Of a DNA stretch of 64,000 nt, positions 26,791 to 40,300 are shown piece by piece (position 1 is the first letter of the stretch; every line of letters begins with the position of its first letter). The translations under genes were made by a program, and so were the position numbers. This stretch comes from Eledone cirrhosa (taxonomy: Eukaryota): the NCBI GenBank assembly GCA_964016885.1, contig OZ024741.1, positions 310,806,001 to 310,870,000 of the forward strand. The letters are read 5' to 3'. The notes beneath the pieces were generated by a model. It did no database searches, was not told the origin of the DNA, and saw only the letters and a program-made list of their open reading frames with translations.

Positions 26791-26933
26791 AGTTTAAGCA
26801 AACAATCGCTGCTTTCACCCTTAACGGGATCTTCTGAAACTAACGAAGTCCATTTGCTCTACGGTTCTTATATATTTAATATATATTTACCCTAATCGAG
26901 CTCTCTTTGGATTTTAGTATTCAAATTTATTAT

Positions 26934-26980
<47 letters not shown>

Positions 26981-26984
<4 letters not shown>

Positions 26985-27431
26985 AAAAAGTAGGACCCCG
27001 AAGGCTGAGATCAAGCCGTTTCGACGGCTAATTCTGGACTAAATGAAAATGTTTATCCTGGTATTTGAATAGCCGAGCTTCTCAAGGGGTAATTCCATAT
27101 ATGGTAAAAGTGATTGTCACAAGGATTGTGGCAGGTTCATCAAACCCCTTCCCACCACAAATTGCCATGATAGAACTATTATGACTCAACAACAAACTTT
27201 TGACCAATCCTTGTGACAATCACTTTTACCATATATTGAATTACCCCTTGAGAAGCTCGGCTATTTAAATACCAGGATAACAATTTTCATTTAGTCCAGA
27301 ATTAGCCGTCGAAACGGCTTGAGCTCAGCCGTCGAGGTCCTACATTTTCCTATTACCCACTCTACTTACCCTAAGTATTGAGTACTTTGGTGCGTTATGG
27401 TCCACCTGGTTCCTTACCACATTTCCTCCGT

Positions 27432-27432
<1 letters not shown>
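26981..27432. mobile_element. Small inverted-repeat element in (TA)n with hammerhead-like folds (U1-specific)
   Basis: Arms ~26981-27130 and ~27205-27352; TATTGAGTAC at 27376; absent at U2 ~54505. Confidence 0.7.
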
Positions 27433-27464
<32 letters not shown>

Positions 27465-27493
27465 ATATATACATACTTACATACATACATACA

Positions 27494-28101
27494 TGGCGGC
27501 TGCCAACTCGTTTTCGAGTACGGCCACTACTTTATATCCATGTAGGAGAACCCCTACCGATGCGCTGAATGAATGTGACTTTTTAGTCCAGCCAGCGACT
27601 TGAAAACTCTGGTACAAACACTACACTTGTGACAATTATTGACACATAGTGCTGGGCCCATGGTACCATGTGACGACAAGTGCAGAGAGATCTCCAGATA
27701 TAAAGCAATGCCTGTGCCGTGAAGCTTTTATAGTGAGCAAAGGCACTGCACAAAGCCAGTCCCACTCTCTTAACAAAGATGATATTTACCAAAAAGAAGA
27801 ACAAGTCAACATCATTGGATACCATCAGGGTTGCAGGTGTTATATTAGAGTTTTCCTTCTCCTAGAATTCTGCCTTGACAAAGGCTAAGGGGTCATCTCT
27901 CCCGGTGATTTTGGATGGCCATTACCTCTTAAGAGCTCCTTTGCCCTTTGACAGGTTTTGTTTTTAGTCCTGCAGGATGTCCAAAGTCACCCTCCTCACC
28001 AAGAAACCTTGGTGGGGTTGCCAGTTTAGTCGCCAACGACCCGACCATGAGACAGGTTGTACTGGGATACATGTTACCAGTAGCACCAACTGGTGACCTG
28101 A
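27494..28101 (-). mobile_element. Insertion in (CATA)n resembling an RTE-type 5' UTR / non-autonomous element
   Basis: Interrupts the microsatellite, which is uninterrupted at 4790-4816 and 54571-54596. The ctaggagaaggaaaactc motif is recalled from RTE 5' UTRs. Confidence 0.45.
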
Positions 28102-28346
28102 CATACATACATACATACATACATACATACATACATACATACATACATACATACATACATACATACATACATACATACATACATACTGACTACTACCGGT
28201 ATTAACTCCAAGCCAACTATTATTTTGGACCTCTAGTATTAGGTTGGGGGATCATTATTAATAAAAAGGTGAAAAATATTTGAGGACAGACACGTAATTA
28301 AAGTATTCAATAAGTGAATACGATAACAAATGAGTTATTATCTTAC

Positions 28347-28410
28347 CAGTTGCTAAAGTGGACTGCCATGTTAATAATATAATAAATCCAGCAATAGAAA
28401 GGCAGAACAT
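28347..28410 (-). CDS. Probable signal-peptide first exon, copy 2
   Basis: MFCLSIAGFIILLTWQSTLAT plus 1 nt |GTAAG; 64 nt. Confidence 0.55.
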
Positions 28411-29051
28411 TGCAAGCCGAGTTAAATTATAAATCGAAAGTGAGGAAAATTCAGCTGTTTTATGTTTTGTCACTACGATGCTAACGGAATTATCGTTAGC
28501 GTTCAGTGTCACGAGACGGCGTGTGCACCCTTTGTGCTAAACTTCAGTAGATTACTCATGTTCTATTTCACTATATGATATGTTTATGAGGTGATGACTG
28601 TTTTAGATTTAGTGTTATACATATATTTATTTATTTATTGATACAGAATGGGAAAAGAAATAATCTCGGCATTTTCAGTTCTGTCGTAGTGGACGAAACT
28701 GAGAGGAAGAAAGAGTAGAGATGTATTTTCCAGACATGCCCCGAATAGATCCAAACCACTTAAATCTGGTAAAGGTGCACAAATATTAGATGGTGATGTT
28801 ACACTATACATAATTGTTTCTACTTTTGGCACAAGAGCAGCAAATTACCCAGTACATTACTGGTACTTTATTTTATCGACCCCGTAAGGATGAAAGGCAA
28901 AGTTAAACTCGACGGGATTTTAACTCAGACTGTTACACTATACATAATTGTTTCTACTTTAGGCACAACGCCAGCAATTATCAGTGCATTACTGGTACTT
29001 TATTTTATACATAATGACAATCTTTCTGTTTCAGGGAACGGTTATTATTAT

Positions 29052-32000
29052 TGGACGTACATGTGTGGAAAAGTTACAAGTCTGCGGGAGAAATGGTTTG
29101 TAATTTTAAACTGTTTTAAAATATTATTTTGTGTATTTTCTTGTCAATAACGGTGCATAAAGTACCCACTCTGGTTCGAAGGAGAGGAGACCTCTCAATA
29201 TTCGGGCTTTAAGCACGAATGTTCGGATTTATAAAAAAAAAAACTTTGAAAAAATCACCCCCTCAAAAACATGGAAAATTTCGACCTTCATAATTTACAG
29301 GTCAAAAGGTCAAAAACAGCGACTAGAGCTCCCACTACTACTACTAATCCTACCATAAACATGTGCGATATGTCTGTTGTCAACCCTACTGAACAAGACA
29401 AGGGTGCGTTTAACAACACTGTATCGCCTCAAGCCGACATCACCACCATCAAAACAACAACCAAGAAAAACAACAACATCAACAACTTCAATATAAACAC
29501 TAATAACGGTAGCAGCAGCAACAAAAAACAAAGCAACAACAACAGCAAGAACGACAACACCAACAACAAGAGCAATAATGAAAGCAACAACAAGCTCAAC
29601 GGTTGTACCACATTTGCAGTGGCCGCAGCCAAAACAAGGCGCTTTATTAACGTGGATATCCGCGATAAGGAACGACAGTTGACCCAAGTGTGGAAACTGA
29701 TTAAATGCGAGAAGTCCTGGGCCAACCTAACCATCACGGACGAGGCAATAGCAGCTAAGCAAAAGAGGACGGTATACTTTCGATGCATTTCAGTGCAGAC
29801 TAGCAGTGGTATTCGCCAGTCAGGCAGAAGTCGAGGCTGCTTTGGAATTCTTCAAGAGTGACATTGAGTACAAAGCAAGGGCCAAGCAGTTCGTTACCAC
29901 CTCGGTACTGTTCAAAACCGAGGCCCTTGCTATTAAGCTCTCCGTGACCTCCTGCAGAACAGAACGCATTATTATGCACCCGCATTATTATCCACCAAGG
30001 GCGGTGGATTGGCAGTATCGGTAGAGGGTCGGACGCCATGCTTTCCAGCATAGTTACGTCCCTTTACGATCTGAGTTCAAATCCCGCCGACGTTGACTTT
30101 GCCTTTCATCCTTACGGGGTCGATAAAATAAAGTACCAGTAATGCACTGGATAATTGCTGGCCTTGTGCCTAAAGTAGAAACAATTATTATGCACCCGTC
30201 ATACATGGGAAAAGGACAGCAAAGATCCGCATTCCAAGGATCCCACCAAGAATGAACATATGGTGGCGTTTGGGATGCGTAATCGTGGAGAGCACAAACA
30301 CTACCCTCCTAGATATTAAAAAGACGCAGAGAGAGGATGGTCCGGAATGGATTTGGAGATTCTTCTCCAAATGAAACCAGAGGACATAAACAACATCCCG
30401 GATTTTGCCCGCCTGCAGGACGGGGTAACGATTCAATTAATCACTGAGTGAAGTAGGCCGAACTGCTTCATCTGCGGGTAAGCAACGCACCTACAAGCCT
30501 TCTGCCCTCAGAAAAAACGCAAACCTCCTTTACTGCCAACGCCGGTGTCGACAGGGAAAGTTCCATCACCACCACCAACAACAACACCAACAATGACACA
30601 GCAAAAACAGCCGGATCACCCCAACACCGAAACCAACCCAAGGGGGAAGCGAGGATAACTTTCCCACTGCCCTTACCCCTAAAAATATACACATGGACAA
30701 AACCAAAAACACACACGCAGACACAGATACACTCACAGAGACATACCCTTTGTCATCCAGTAGTGAAGAAGAAGGAAAACCAAAAAGTGCCAAAAAGCAG
30801 AAGAGAAAACTCACAAAAAGCCCCCACAAATACAAAAACATACACAACAAAAAATACAGACACCACCAACGCAAACACTTCCCCAATAGTATCAACAGGT
30901 ACCGACTAGATTTCCCCAACGCGCCAGTGTGGACATGGACCAACCGTATAGGGTCATCTAAATCGTATATAGACAGGATATTCATTAGGAAAATATATAG
31001 AAATAGTGAAGGCTTCCGACTTTTTAAAACAGTCGCCTATTCAGATCACAAATTTGTGATCTGTATGGTCGACCTAGATAAAAGGCTTAGGTTAGGACCT
31101 GGTTACTGGAAGCGGAACATCTCATTTCCGACACGTAAGGCTTATAGGGCACGTAAGGCTTACAGTCCGGCACGTGAGGCTTACAGGCAACAATTTAGCA
31201 AAGAAGTAACGTTAGAGAAAAATAGAAAGGAGGGGGAGTTGGTAGATAAGTTAGACGAGGCTATTTGTAGTGGCATTGCAACGGGCATGTTAGCGGCGAT
31301 AACTGCATTAGACCATTTCTTCAATGCGAAACACGAATGTTGCATTGTCAGAGCTAAGGCGCGTGCTCTGAGAAACGAGGCAACCAAAGCTGTTCGATGG
31401 GCCCACGTGGCGGAGGCGTAGCGTGGTAATAAAACCACAATTCGGTCTTTCACGGACGGAGAGGGACACGAGATAAGCGATTCCAAGCGGAAATGTGAGG
31501 CCTTTCACCAGCACTTTGCTCGGTTGTTCGGGGAGAGTAGCGGGTCAGAGACAGTAACGGACTTTAGTCCCTACCTTCACATCTTGCCGCGCATCTCGAT
31601 GGCTGAGGCCGAGTGCTGCGAAAGGCTGATTACTTCAGACGAAATTCAGGACGTCCTTGTCGGCTGCACGAGACACAAGCCACCCGGTTTGTATGGTCTG
31701 CCCTATGAGCTTTACGTAAATATGCCAGACTTGTTCTCCGATCTCCTCGAAGCGCTCTACTGCAACTGGAAGCAGAATGGGAGCATTCCCAGTTCTGTGA
31801 GCAGGGGAGTGGTGACTGATAAGGAAAGACGAGAACAAGAGTGATACATGCAGGCCCATAACTCTGCTCAACACAGAGTTTAAGATTTGGGCCAAGGTGC
31901 TCGCAAAGAGTTAGTGCTTGTCGTCGAAGATTTGGTTGGGGAGGCGTAAATTTGCACAATCCCAACCAGGTCCATCCAAGACAACCTTCACCTCATGCGA

Positions 32001-33215
32001 TACATCATAGAGAGGGTAGGCTGCAAACCTAGCTTGGGTGGGGCACTGAACAATTTAGATCAATCGAAAGCATTCTATAGGGTCGATCATCGGTACCTGG
32101 AGGTTGTCCTCAAGGCAGGTGGCTTCGGCCCCGTCTTCAGAAGCTGGATCACTGCAATGCACATCGGCATCTGCTCGGTGGTCAAGGTTAATGGCCACCT
32201 CTTGGAACCGTTTCAGGTCTCCAGATCGGACCATCATGGGTGCCCTCTCTCTTCCCTTTTGTACGTATTGATGATTCTCGAGCCTATACACTGGAAGCTG
32301 GAGCTGTTGCAGGGCATCCCTCTCGAACCGGGACGCGGAAATGCTGTGTCGGCTTATTCGCACGACATCACCGTGATGGTGTCGGACACCTCGGAAATCG
32401 AGGTGGTCGGCATATTATTGAAGGAATATGAAAGGTTGACGGGAACGAATCTTAATCCGGAAAAGAGGGTGAGCTTGCAGCTCGGCACCTGGAGAGGCAA
32501 GTCCACACCGTCTAACAGTGTCGTGGGGTGCCGGACGCACGGACAGGTAAAATTGATCGGGGTTTGGTTCGGACCAGACCTCCAGGTGGAAAAGAATTGG
32601 GACGAGGTAACGAGCAGAGTAGCCAGTCTCACACAGAAGTGTGCTGCGAGGATGCTATCACTGAAATGTCGCGCGGAGGTAGTGAATGCGTAATTCGCGT
32701 CCGTGATCTACCGCCTGACCGTCGTGCCTATCCCCCGTCCGCGCCTTGCCAAGTTGGAACGGCTCCTCTTCAAATTCTTGTGGAGGCGACAAGTTATGTT
32801 GGTGAGCCGGTCCATCTGCTGCCAGCACCCTCTACGTGGAGTGTTGGGCATGCTTGGACTAATGATGCGCAGACATTCGCTGAGGCTCCCACATCTCCAG
32901 AAATTATGCCTAAACTGTGAATAGGTGTGGTCGCTCTTTATTAGACGGGCCTTTCCGCAGCTCGTCTCTTTGACTGAGCTGCAGTCCTGGCTCAAGAACA
33001 GACCAAGACTGGGTGACTGGAATGTTTCCAGGCACTCATTGGAAGTTACGAAAGAGGTTGTATGGTTGACCAGATTGAAAGGACTGAAGACAGGCACTTT
33101 TATCTTCGGCCAATCCCGCATCAACTTCTTCAAGTTTCACCTGAAAAGGAAGGTGAGGGTGGAGAGAAATCCTGCACCCCCCCCCCCATTTCATTTGCTA
33201 AAAGGTGGAGGAATG
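29052..33215 (+). mobile_element. Decayed Tx1 family A (U2)
   Basis: ORF1 from 29271 with a CCHC-like remnant near 30460. A ~0.95 kb deletion at ~30895 removes the ORF1/ORF2 junction. RT at 31995-32693. Confidence 0.9.
29999..30183 (+). mobile_element. Full-length tRNA-derived SINE
   Basis: A-box-like TGGCAGTATCGG, B-box GAGTTCAAATCC, TSD ATTATTATGCACCCG at 29968-29982 and 30184-30198; empty site at ~56319. Confidence 0.88.
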
Positions 33216-36200
33216 CAAAAACATCACAGCTTCTCACTCGAAAAGCGAAAGCAAAGGGTAAAGGCTGTATTGAGATGTGCAGCAACACCAGCTCCATCAC
33301 CATCACCACCACAAGCATCACCACCAACAACAGCCAAAACACCACCAGCAACACCAAAAACGCTAACATCAAAAACACAACAAAGCGCACACACCCAACT
33401 GCAACTACAAGGAAACAGCATCCCCTCCCCGCAAAAAAGGTACACTGGCATAAACATTGCACACAAAGGATTAATGGAACATATAAAACAGCACACAATT
33501 ACTACACCCCACCAACACCAAGAACATTACCAACAAATATTACAATTGTCGAAATTAAACCTGATAACTATAAACAATTAAAACAAAAACTTTCCCAACT
33601 GCGTTGGGGATTTCATGTCGTCACTGCTCAGAAGAATCTATACAGATATCGTCTTGGAGACACCCATGACCAGCCGAAGGGACGATTCTAATGTCCCTTC
33701 CCCACACGATCAAGGTAAGAGATCCTTTCTCCCTTACCCCGTTCCTCACCCATATGGCCGTACTCTGCATAGGCAGTGTAAATGTACGTGGCCTGGAGTC
33801 AGCTTGGAAGCAGGTCACTTGCTCAACGATCTCAGGTCACTAAACATAAATGTGGTGGCCGTCAGTGAGACCAGAATCTCCGAAGCACGAGACTTCGCAC
33901 CGATCTTCGGCGGCTACGATATATACGCATCTCCCAGCCGTCCAGGATCGGGGGAGGAGTTGCTGTGCTTTTTAGGAGAGGCTTGGATCTCGCCATACGG
34001 CCATCTTCCTGGACCCAGAAGGTAAGTCGGTGGTGTTGGACGTGACCGGCAGCGAAGGCAATGCTGTCAGGCTAGTAGCCCTCTACGCCCCAACAGGACA
34101 AGGGCGGCCAGATTTCTTCAGACGTCTAGAGACCTTTCTTGGAACGTATGCTCGTGGGCGACTGAAACGGTATTAGACGGACGCTGGGATTATGTGGGGT
34201 TAGTAGACAGGGCAGGAGGGTGTAAAAGCCTCAACAACCTGCTTAGACGTTTTAAACTGTCTGACAGGTATCGACTGGATTATCCGAATGTGTCAATGTG
34301 GCTTTGGGGAAAACGCATCGGGTCATCCAGATCGTATTTAGATAGGGTATTTTGTAGGGAAACAGATAAAGCTAGTGTAGGTTGTCCACAATTTAAAGTA
34401 GTCGACTACACGGACCACAAATGTGTGATTTTTGAAGTTGACTTAGATAGACTCCATAGGCAAGGGCCCGGCTACTGGAAGCTGGACGCGTCGTTCCCGG
34501 CGCGCAAAGATTACAGAGACCGGATTAGCGAATTAGTTAAGCGTGCGTTGACGGGTGCGATCGTCAACAACAGGTGGCGGTTTACCCTGAAAAGGGCCAT
34601 TAGAGTAGAACCGATAAGGTTTAGCAAAGGAGTAGTGATAGAGGAAAATAGAGTAGGTGAGAGTTAGTTAGAAAGCTAGATGAGGCGTTTAGGACAGGCA
34701 TCACAACTGACGTGCTTGCGGCGAGATTGGCACACAACCAATTCTTCAACGCAAAGCATGAAGGCTGCGTTGTCAGAGCTAGAGCACATGTTCTAAGACA
34801 CGAGGGGACGAAAGACGTTCAATCGGCCCGAGTGGCGGAGGCGCGACGTGGCAACAAATCCACAATCCGGTCTTTGCCTGATCAAAACGGCCGCATGATG
34901 CTCAAAGCCGAGCAGATGTGTGCGGCTTTTCAACAGCACTTTACTCAATTGTTCGGGAGCGGGGGCGAGTCGGGTCGGAGTATGGACTTCGGTGTATACC
35001 TCGACGGACTCCCGCGGCAGTCGACGACCGTAGCGCAGTACTGCAAAAATCCGATAACAGATGTAATAGGGGAAGCGATGTCTGACTGCACGAGCGGTAA
35101 ATCGCCAGGTTTGGATTGTCCGCCCTACGAGCGTTATGCGTATATTCCAGAATTGTTCGGCGAGCTCTTGGCAGATGTCTACTGCACCTGGCAGCAGAAC
35201 GTGAGCATTCCCAGTTTTGTGAGCCGGGGAACGGTGGCGCTGCTGAGAAAAGACCCGAACAAGGGGGACGTTATAGACAACTTCAAGCCCATAACTCTGC
35301 TAATCGCAGAGTTTAAGATTTTGGTCAAGGTGTTAGCAAAGAGATTGGCGCTTGTCGTCGTTGATCTGGTGGGTGAGGCGCAGACATGCGCCATTCCGGA
35401 CATATCCATCCACGACAACCTCCATCTAATACGATACATCATAGAGAGGGTGGTTAAGGATTCAGGCCTAGGTGGCGCCCTGATCAACTTGGATCAATCT
35501 AAAGCATTTGATAGGTCGACCATCTGTACCTGGCGGCGGTCCTCGAAGCGGCCGGCTTAGTGCACATTTTTAGCGGCTGGATCGCTGCGATGCACTGCGA
35601 CATCTGCCCGAATGTGAGGGTGAATGGTCACCAGTCGCAGCCTTTCAGCATCATGCACTTGATCCGCCAGGGCTGCCCCTCTCGTCCCTCTTGTGTGTAC
35701 TGGCCCTCGAGCCGTTACTGCACAAATTGGAGACGAAAAGGGGGTCCCACTCGAACTGGGATGCGGGAGATCTGTGTCAGCTTATTCCGACGATGTCACC
35801 ATGATATGGTGGAGCATCAAACACGTCCAGATGCTCGGCACCGCTCTCAAAAAATACGAAACGGTGACAGGAGCAAAGACAAACCAGGAAAAGTCGGTGG
35901 GCTTGCAACTCGGCACCTGGAGAGGCAAGTACATGCCGCCCGGCAGCGTCGTGGGGGGATCGACGGAAGAACCGGTTAAATTGCTTGGGGTCTGGTTCTG
36001 TCCGGACCTCCCTATAGAGAAAACCTGGAGCGAGGTGACGAACAGGGTGGCCTCCCACACCCAGAAATGGGCTGAGAGGAGGCTGTCTTTGAAAGATCGG
36101 GCGGATGTGGCGAATTCGTACATCGCTTCCGTCATCTGCTACCGCCTCACCGTCGTACTCTGACCAAAATGCACGCCTCCTCTTCCGCTTTTTATGGAAG

Positions 36201-37350
36201 GGATGTGCTCCCATGGTCAGACGATCCGTTTGCTGTCAACACCCGTTGCGTGGAGGACTAGGCATGCCGTGGCTGATGTTGCGCAAACATGCGCTGAGGC
36301 TGCGACATCTCTGGTGCTTCCTTGACGGTGAACAGGTGTGGTTGCCGTTTGCCAGACACGCTTTTCACCAGCTCGTCTCCTTAACGGAGCTGCAGACCTG
36401 GATCAGGAAAAGACCGAGGGATAGCGCTTGGAACCTGGAATGTCTCCAAGCACTCACCGCCCTCTACCAGCTGGGCAAATCGGTGGTACATCCACCTAGG
36501 CGAACTAGACCGGGGCCTATGGACAACTTCCAGAAATCCCTGGCCTGGCAGTGCTACCGGGGAGAGTTGCCGGTTCGGGATAAGCTCTACAGGCACGGAG
36601 GTGCTGTCAACCGAGCCTGTCCGAGATGCACGCAGGGTGACGAAACCGTGCTGCACGCACTCGTTCTGTGCCCGAGGATTGCTGACTTGTGGAGCTATGT
36701 CGAATAGCTGCTGTCGCGTGTAGGACGGATCCGGTTATCGACTGAGTTCATTGTGCAGTTAGCCCCGCCATCCTCCTCTAAAAAGGAGGAAGGGCAGCCA
36801 GTTTTCATCTGCCTGGTGGCCATGGCGAAAGAGATTGTGTGGTGGACAAGGTTAAAAGGGTTGAAGTCGGACACTTTCCTCTTCGGCGAATCCCTGATTA
36901 ACTTTTTCAAGTTTCACTTGAAGAGGAAAATCAGGGTGGAGAGGCAGGTGCTGTCTTCTAGCAAGTTTGTTGAAAGGTGGGTGAATGTAGCGAGAAAGGT
37001 CCGGGTGAACGGGACCGCTCTGAATATACGCTTGTAGTTTGAGGAATGGGAAAAAACTGAGAAAGGATGCTTGCCCTGGTGGTCAGGGTTGTCGTGTTCT
37101 TTTGTGTGGTACTCGCTCCGAGTAACCCTCGGAGGTTTCCCCCATATTGAGGAATTTTTCATTGTTTGAACTTTCATTTTTATTGTTTATATATATATAT
37201 ATGTTTCTATGTATTTTTATTCTTTTTCGTTTCTTATATAAATAATAAAAATCTTTACACGCACAAAACCTACATCGTAACGTCCTGTAGCGTGCTGTGC
37301 CGTCTGTAATGTTTTTCTTAATGTCAGCCCTTGTGGACAACAAATAAATC
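33216..37350 (+). mobile_element. Decayed Tx1 family B (U2, most complete copy)
   Basis: APE, RT and zinc-knuckle fragments in ORFs 33615-37037. Confidence 0.92.
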
Positions 37351-37365
37351 ATTATTATTATTATT

Positions 37366-40300
37366 GGTAACCTACGTATTATCGTGAGCTCCACAAAGGT
37401 TTGTCGTTTTCAGTTGTTTCAAATTGCCAGTTATAGAAAATCTTTGTGTTTATAAGTTTTTATAAGGTCACATATATTGATATCTAAAAAGGACACTCAA
37501 TAATATTGGGGCCCTTGAGCCCCAAATTAAAACTTTTATTTATCAAACAAAATATTTCTTTTAAAAAAAACATCGACGACAAATCTCCTGCTTTTAACAG
37601 ACACCCCGAATCCTACCATTGTAAAGCTTGCCACGGTTGCCAACACTGAAAATATAATTAATAGTAGCCTCAATTATTTAAATTTGCCGCATCCAGACAT
37701 GGATTTCCCGTCATTACCAATAACTGCAGGTGTTAAAGCAGCCACCCCCACCTTCACAATGTCAAAAAGAACAACCAACACCACTGATAACGCCACCACC
37801 AAAAAAAACCCCCAAAAGAAAAAATCCCCTTCCTTCGCCCACCAAAAAAAAAATGAAGGGGGGAAACAAATAAGCAAACAAACAAAAAAGTTAAGACAGC
37901 TATACCACCACCCACACCAGCATCACCAACACCACAAAAATCACCAGAAAGCGAAACAGAAACAAACCCACAGCAAACGCAAATAAAACAAAACAACCAT
38001 AACGATACACACTACACAGCATTAAATTTGAACAATAACCAATTATTACACTACATCTAACACAACACCAGCATAACAGAAAAAGACTACACAACACCCC
38101 AAAAGTTCACACTACCTCCACACATACAAATCACTCGCATCACACAGAAAACGTACACGACACTAAAACAAAAGTTCCCCAAAGACATGGGATTCTGCCG
38201 ACAAACACTCTCCAGGAGGATTTATAAGGATATCCTTCCGGAGGATATCCTTCCGGAGGAGGCCAAAATCAGTGAGAAGGATGGAGAAACCATCCTTCCT
38301 CTACGAGATGTGAGGTAAGTGATCTTTCCTATCTTTTTCCACTCCTTTTCAACATGACCTCACTCAGAATAGGCAGCATAAATGCGCGTGGCATGCGGTC
38401 GTCATGGATGCAAGGCCACCCGCTCAACGACCTCAGGTCACTAAACATAGATGTGGTGGCAATCAGCGGGACCAGAATCTCCGAAGCATGAGCCTTCGAA
38501 CCGATCTTCGGCGGCTACGATGTGTACGCATCTCCCAGCCGTCCTGGATCGGGGGGAAGAGTTGCTGTGCTTTTTCGGAGAGGTTTGGATCTCACCATAC
38601 GGGCCATCTTCCTGGACCCAGAAGGTAAGTTGGTGGTGCTGGACGTGACCAGCGAAGACGGGCAAGCTTTCAGATTAGTGGCCGTCTATGCGCCGACAGG
38701 AGCAGTGCGGCCTGATTTCTTCCGGCCTCCGGAGACCTTTCTTGGAACGTCCCGCTCTTTAGTGTTAGTGGGCGACTGGAACGGGATCTTAGATGCACGC
38801 TGGGACTGTGTGGGATTAGCGAATAGGAGAGGAGGGTGTAAAAGCTTCGCAAACCTGCTCAGACGGTTTCCACTGTCTGACAGGTACCGTATTGTCTTCT
38901 CGAATGTGTCAATGTGGACATGGACAAACCGCATCGGTCATCCAGATCATATCTAGATAGGGTATTTTGTAGGGAAATAGATAGGTCTAGCATAGGCTGT
39001 CCACATTTCAAAATAGTCGACTACACGGACCACAAATTCATGATCTGTGAGGTTGACTTAGATAGGCTTCATAGAGAGGGACCCGGCTACTGGAAGCTAA
39101 ATGCGTCATTAACAGCGCTCAAGGCCTATCGAGACCGGATTAGCGAACTAGTTAAGCGAGCGTTGACGGGGTCCATCGTCAACAACAAGAGAGCGATTAG
39201 AATAGAGTCCATTAGGTTTAGTAAGGCTTTAGCAATAGAGAAAAATAGAGCAGAGGGAGGACTAGTTAGAAAATTAGACGAGGCGCTTAATAAAGTCATC
39301 GCGATCGATATACTTTTCACAAAATTTGCCCTTGACCAATTCTTCAATGCAAAGCACGAAGGCTGCGTTGTCAGAGCTAGGGTGCGTGCTCTCAGACACG
39401 AGGGGACGAAAGCCGTTCAATGGGTCCGAGTGGTGGAGGCGCGTCGTGGCAACAAAGCCACGATCCGGTCTTTGGTGAACCACGACGGGTGCATGCTACT
39501 CGATTCCGGGAAATGTGTGAAGCTTTTCAGCGACACTTCGCTCAGTTGTTCGGGGGCAGCGGCGGTGCGGATCGAGGGATGGACTTTAGTGCCTACCTCG
39601 ACGGACATCCGCGGCTCTCGGCCACTGAGGCGGAGTGTTCCGAAAGGCCGATAACAGCCGCTGAAGTACGGAAGGCAATGACTGGCTACACAAGAGGTAT
39701 ATCGCCTGGTTTGGATGGTCTGCTCTACGAACTTTATGTACAGATGCCAGACTTGTACGGAGGCCTCTTGGCGGACGTCTACGGCAACTGGCAACAGAAC
39801 GGGAGAATTCCCAGCTCTGTGAGTCGAGGAGCGGTGGCGCTGCTGAGAAAGGATCAGAACAAGGGGATAACAGATAATTTCAGGCCTATAACTGTACTAA
39901 GCACAGAGTTCAAGATTTTGGCCAAGGTGCTAGCAAACAGATTGGCCCTTGTCGTTGTTGGTCTGGCGGGAGAGGCGCAGACATGCGCCATTCCAGACAG
40001 ATCCATTCACGACAACCTCCACCTCATGCGATACATCGTGGAGAGGGTAGCTAGGGAACCTGGCACGGGTGGGTCCTTCATCAATTTAGATCAGTCGAAA
40101 GCTTTCGATAGGGTCGACCATCGTAATCTGGCGGCAGTCTTGAGGGCGGTTGGCTTAGGACCCGTCTTTAGAGGCTGGATCGCTGCCATTCACAGCAACA
40201 TCTGCTCTGTGGTGACAGTGAACGGTCACCTTTCGGAACCGTTCAACATCATGCGCTCGGTCCGCCTAGGATGTCCCTTCTCGTCCCTCTTGTACGTATT

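Larger units (their letters stand above)
4820..28186. repeat. Tandem segmental duplication unit U1
   Basis: Starts at 'tgactaatacgggtattaactccaag'; all components recur in the same order in U2. Confidence 0.9.

Noticed and set aside
25829-26818. Functional DDX5 gene
   Set aside because: It lacks motifs Q-IV, has in-frame stops in both copies and shows no clear upstream exons.
29999-30090. tRNA gene
   Set aside because: It has A/B boxes but no cloverleaf and continues into a SINE body, tail and TSD.
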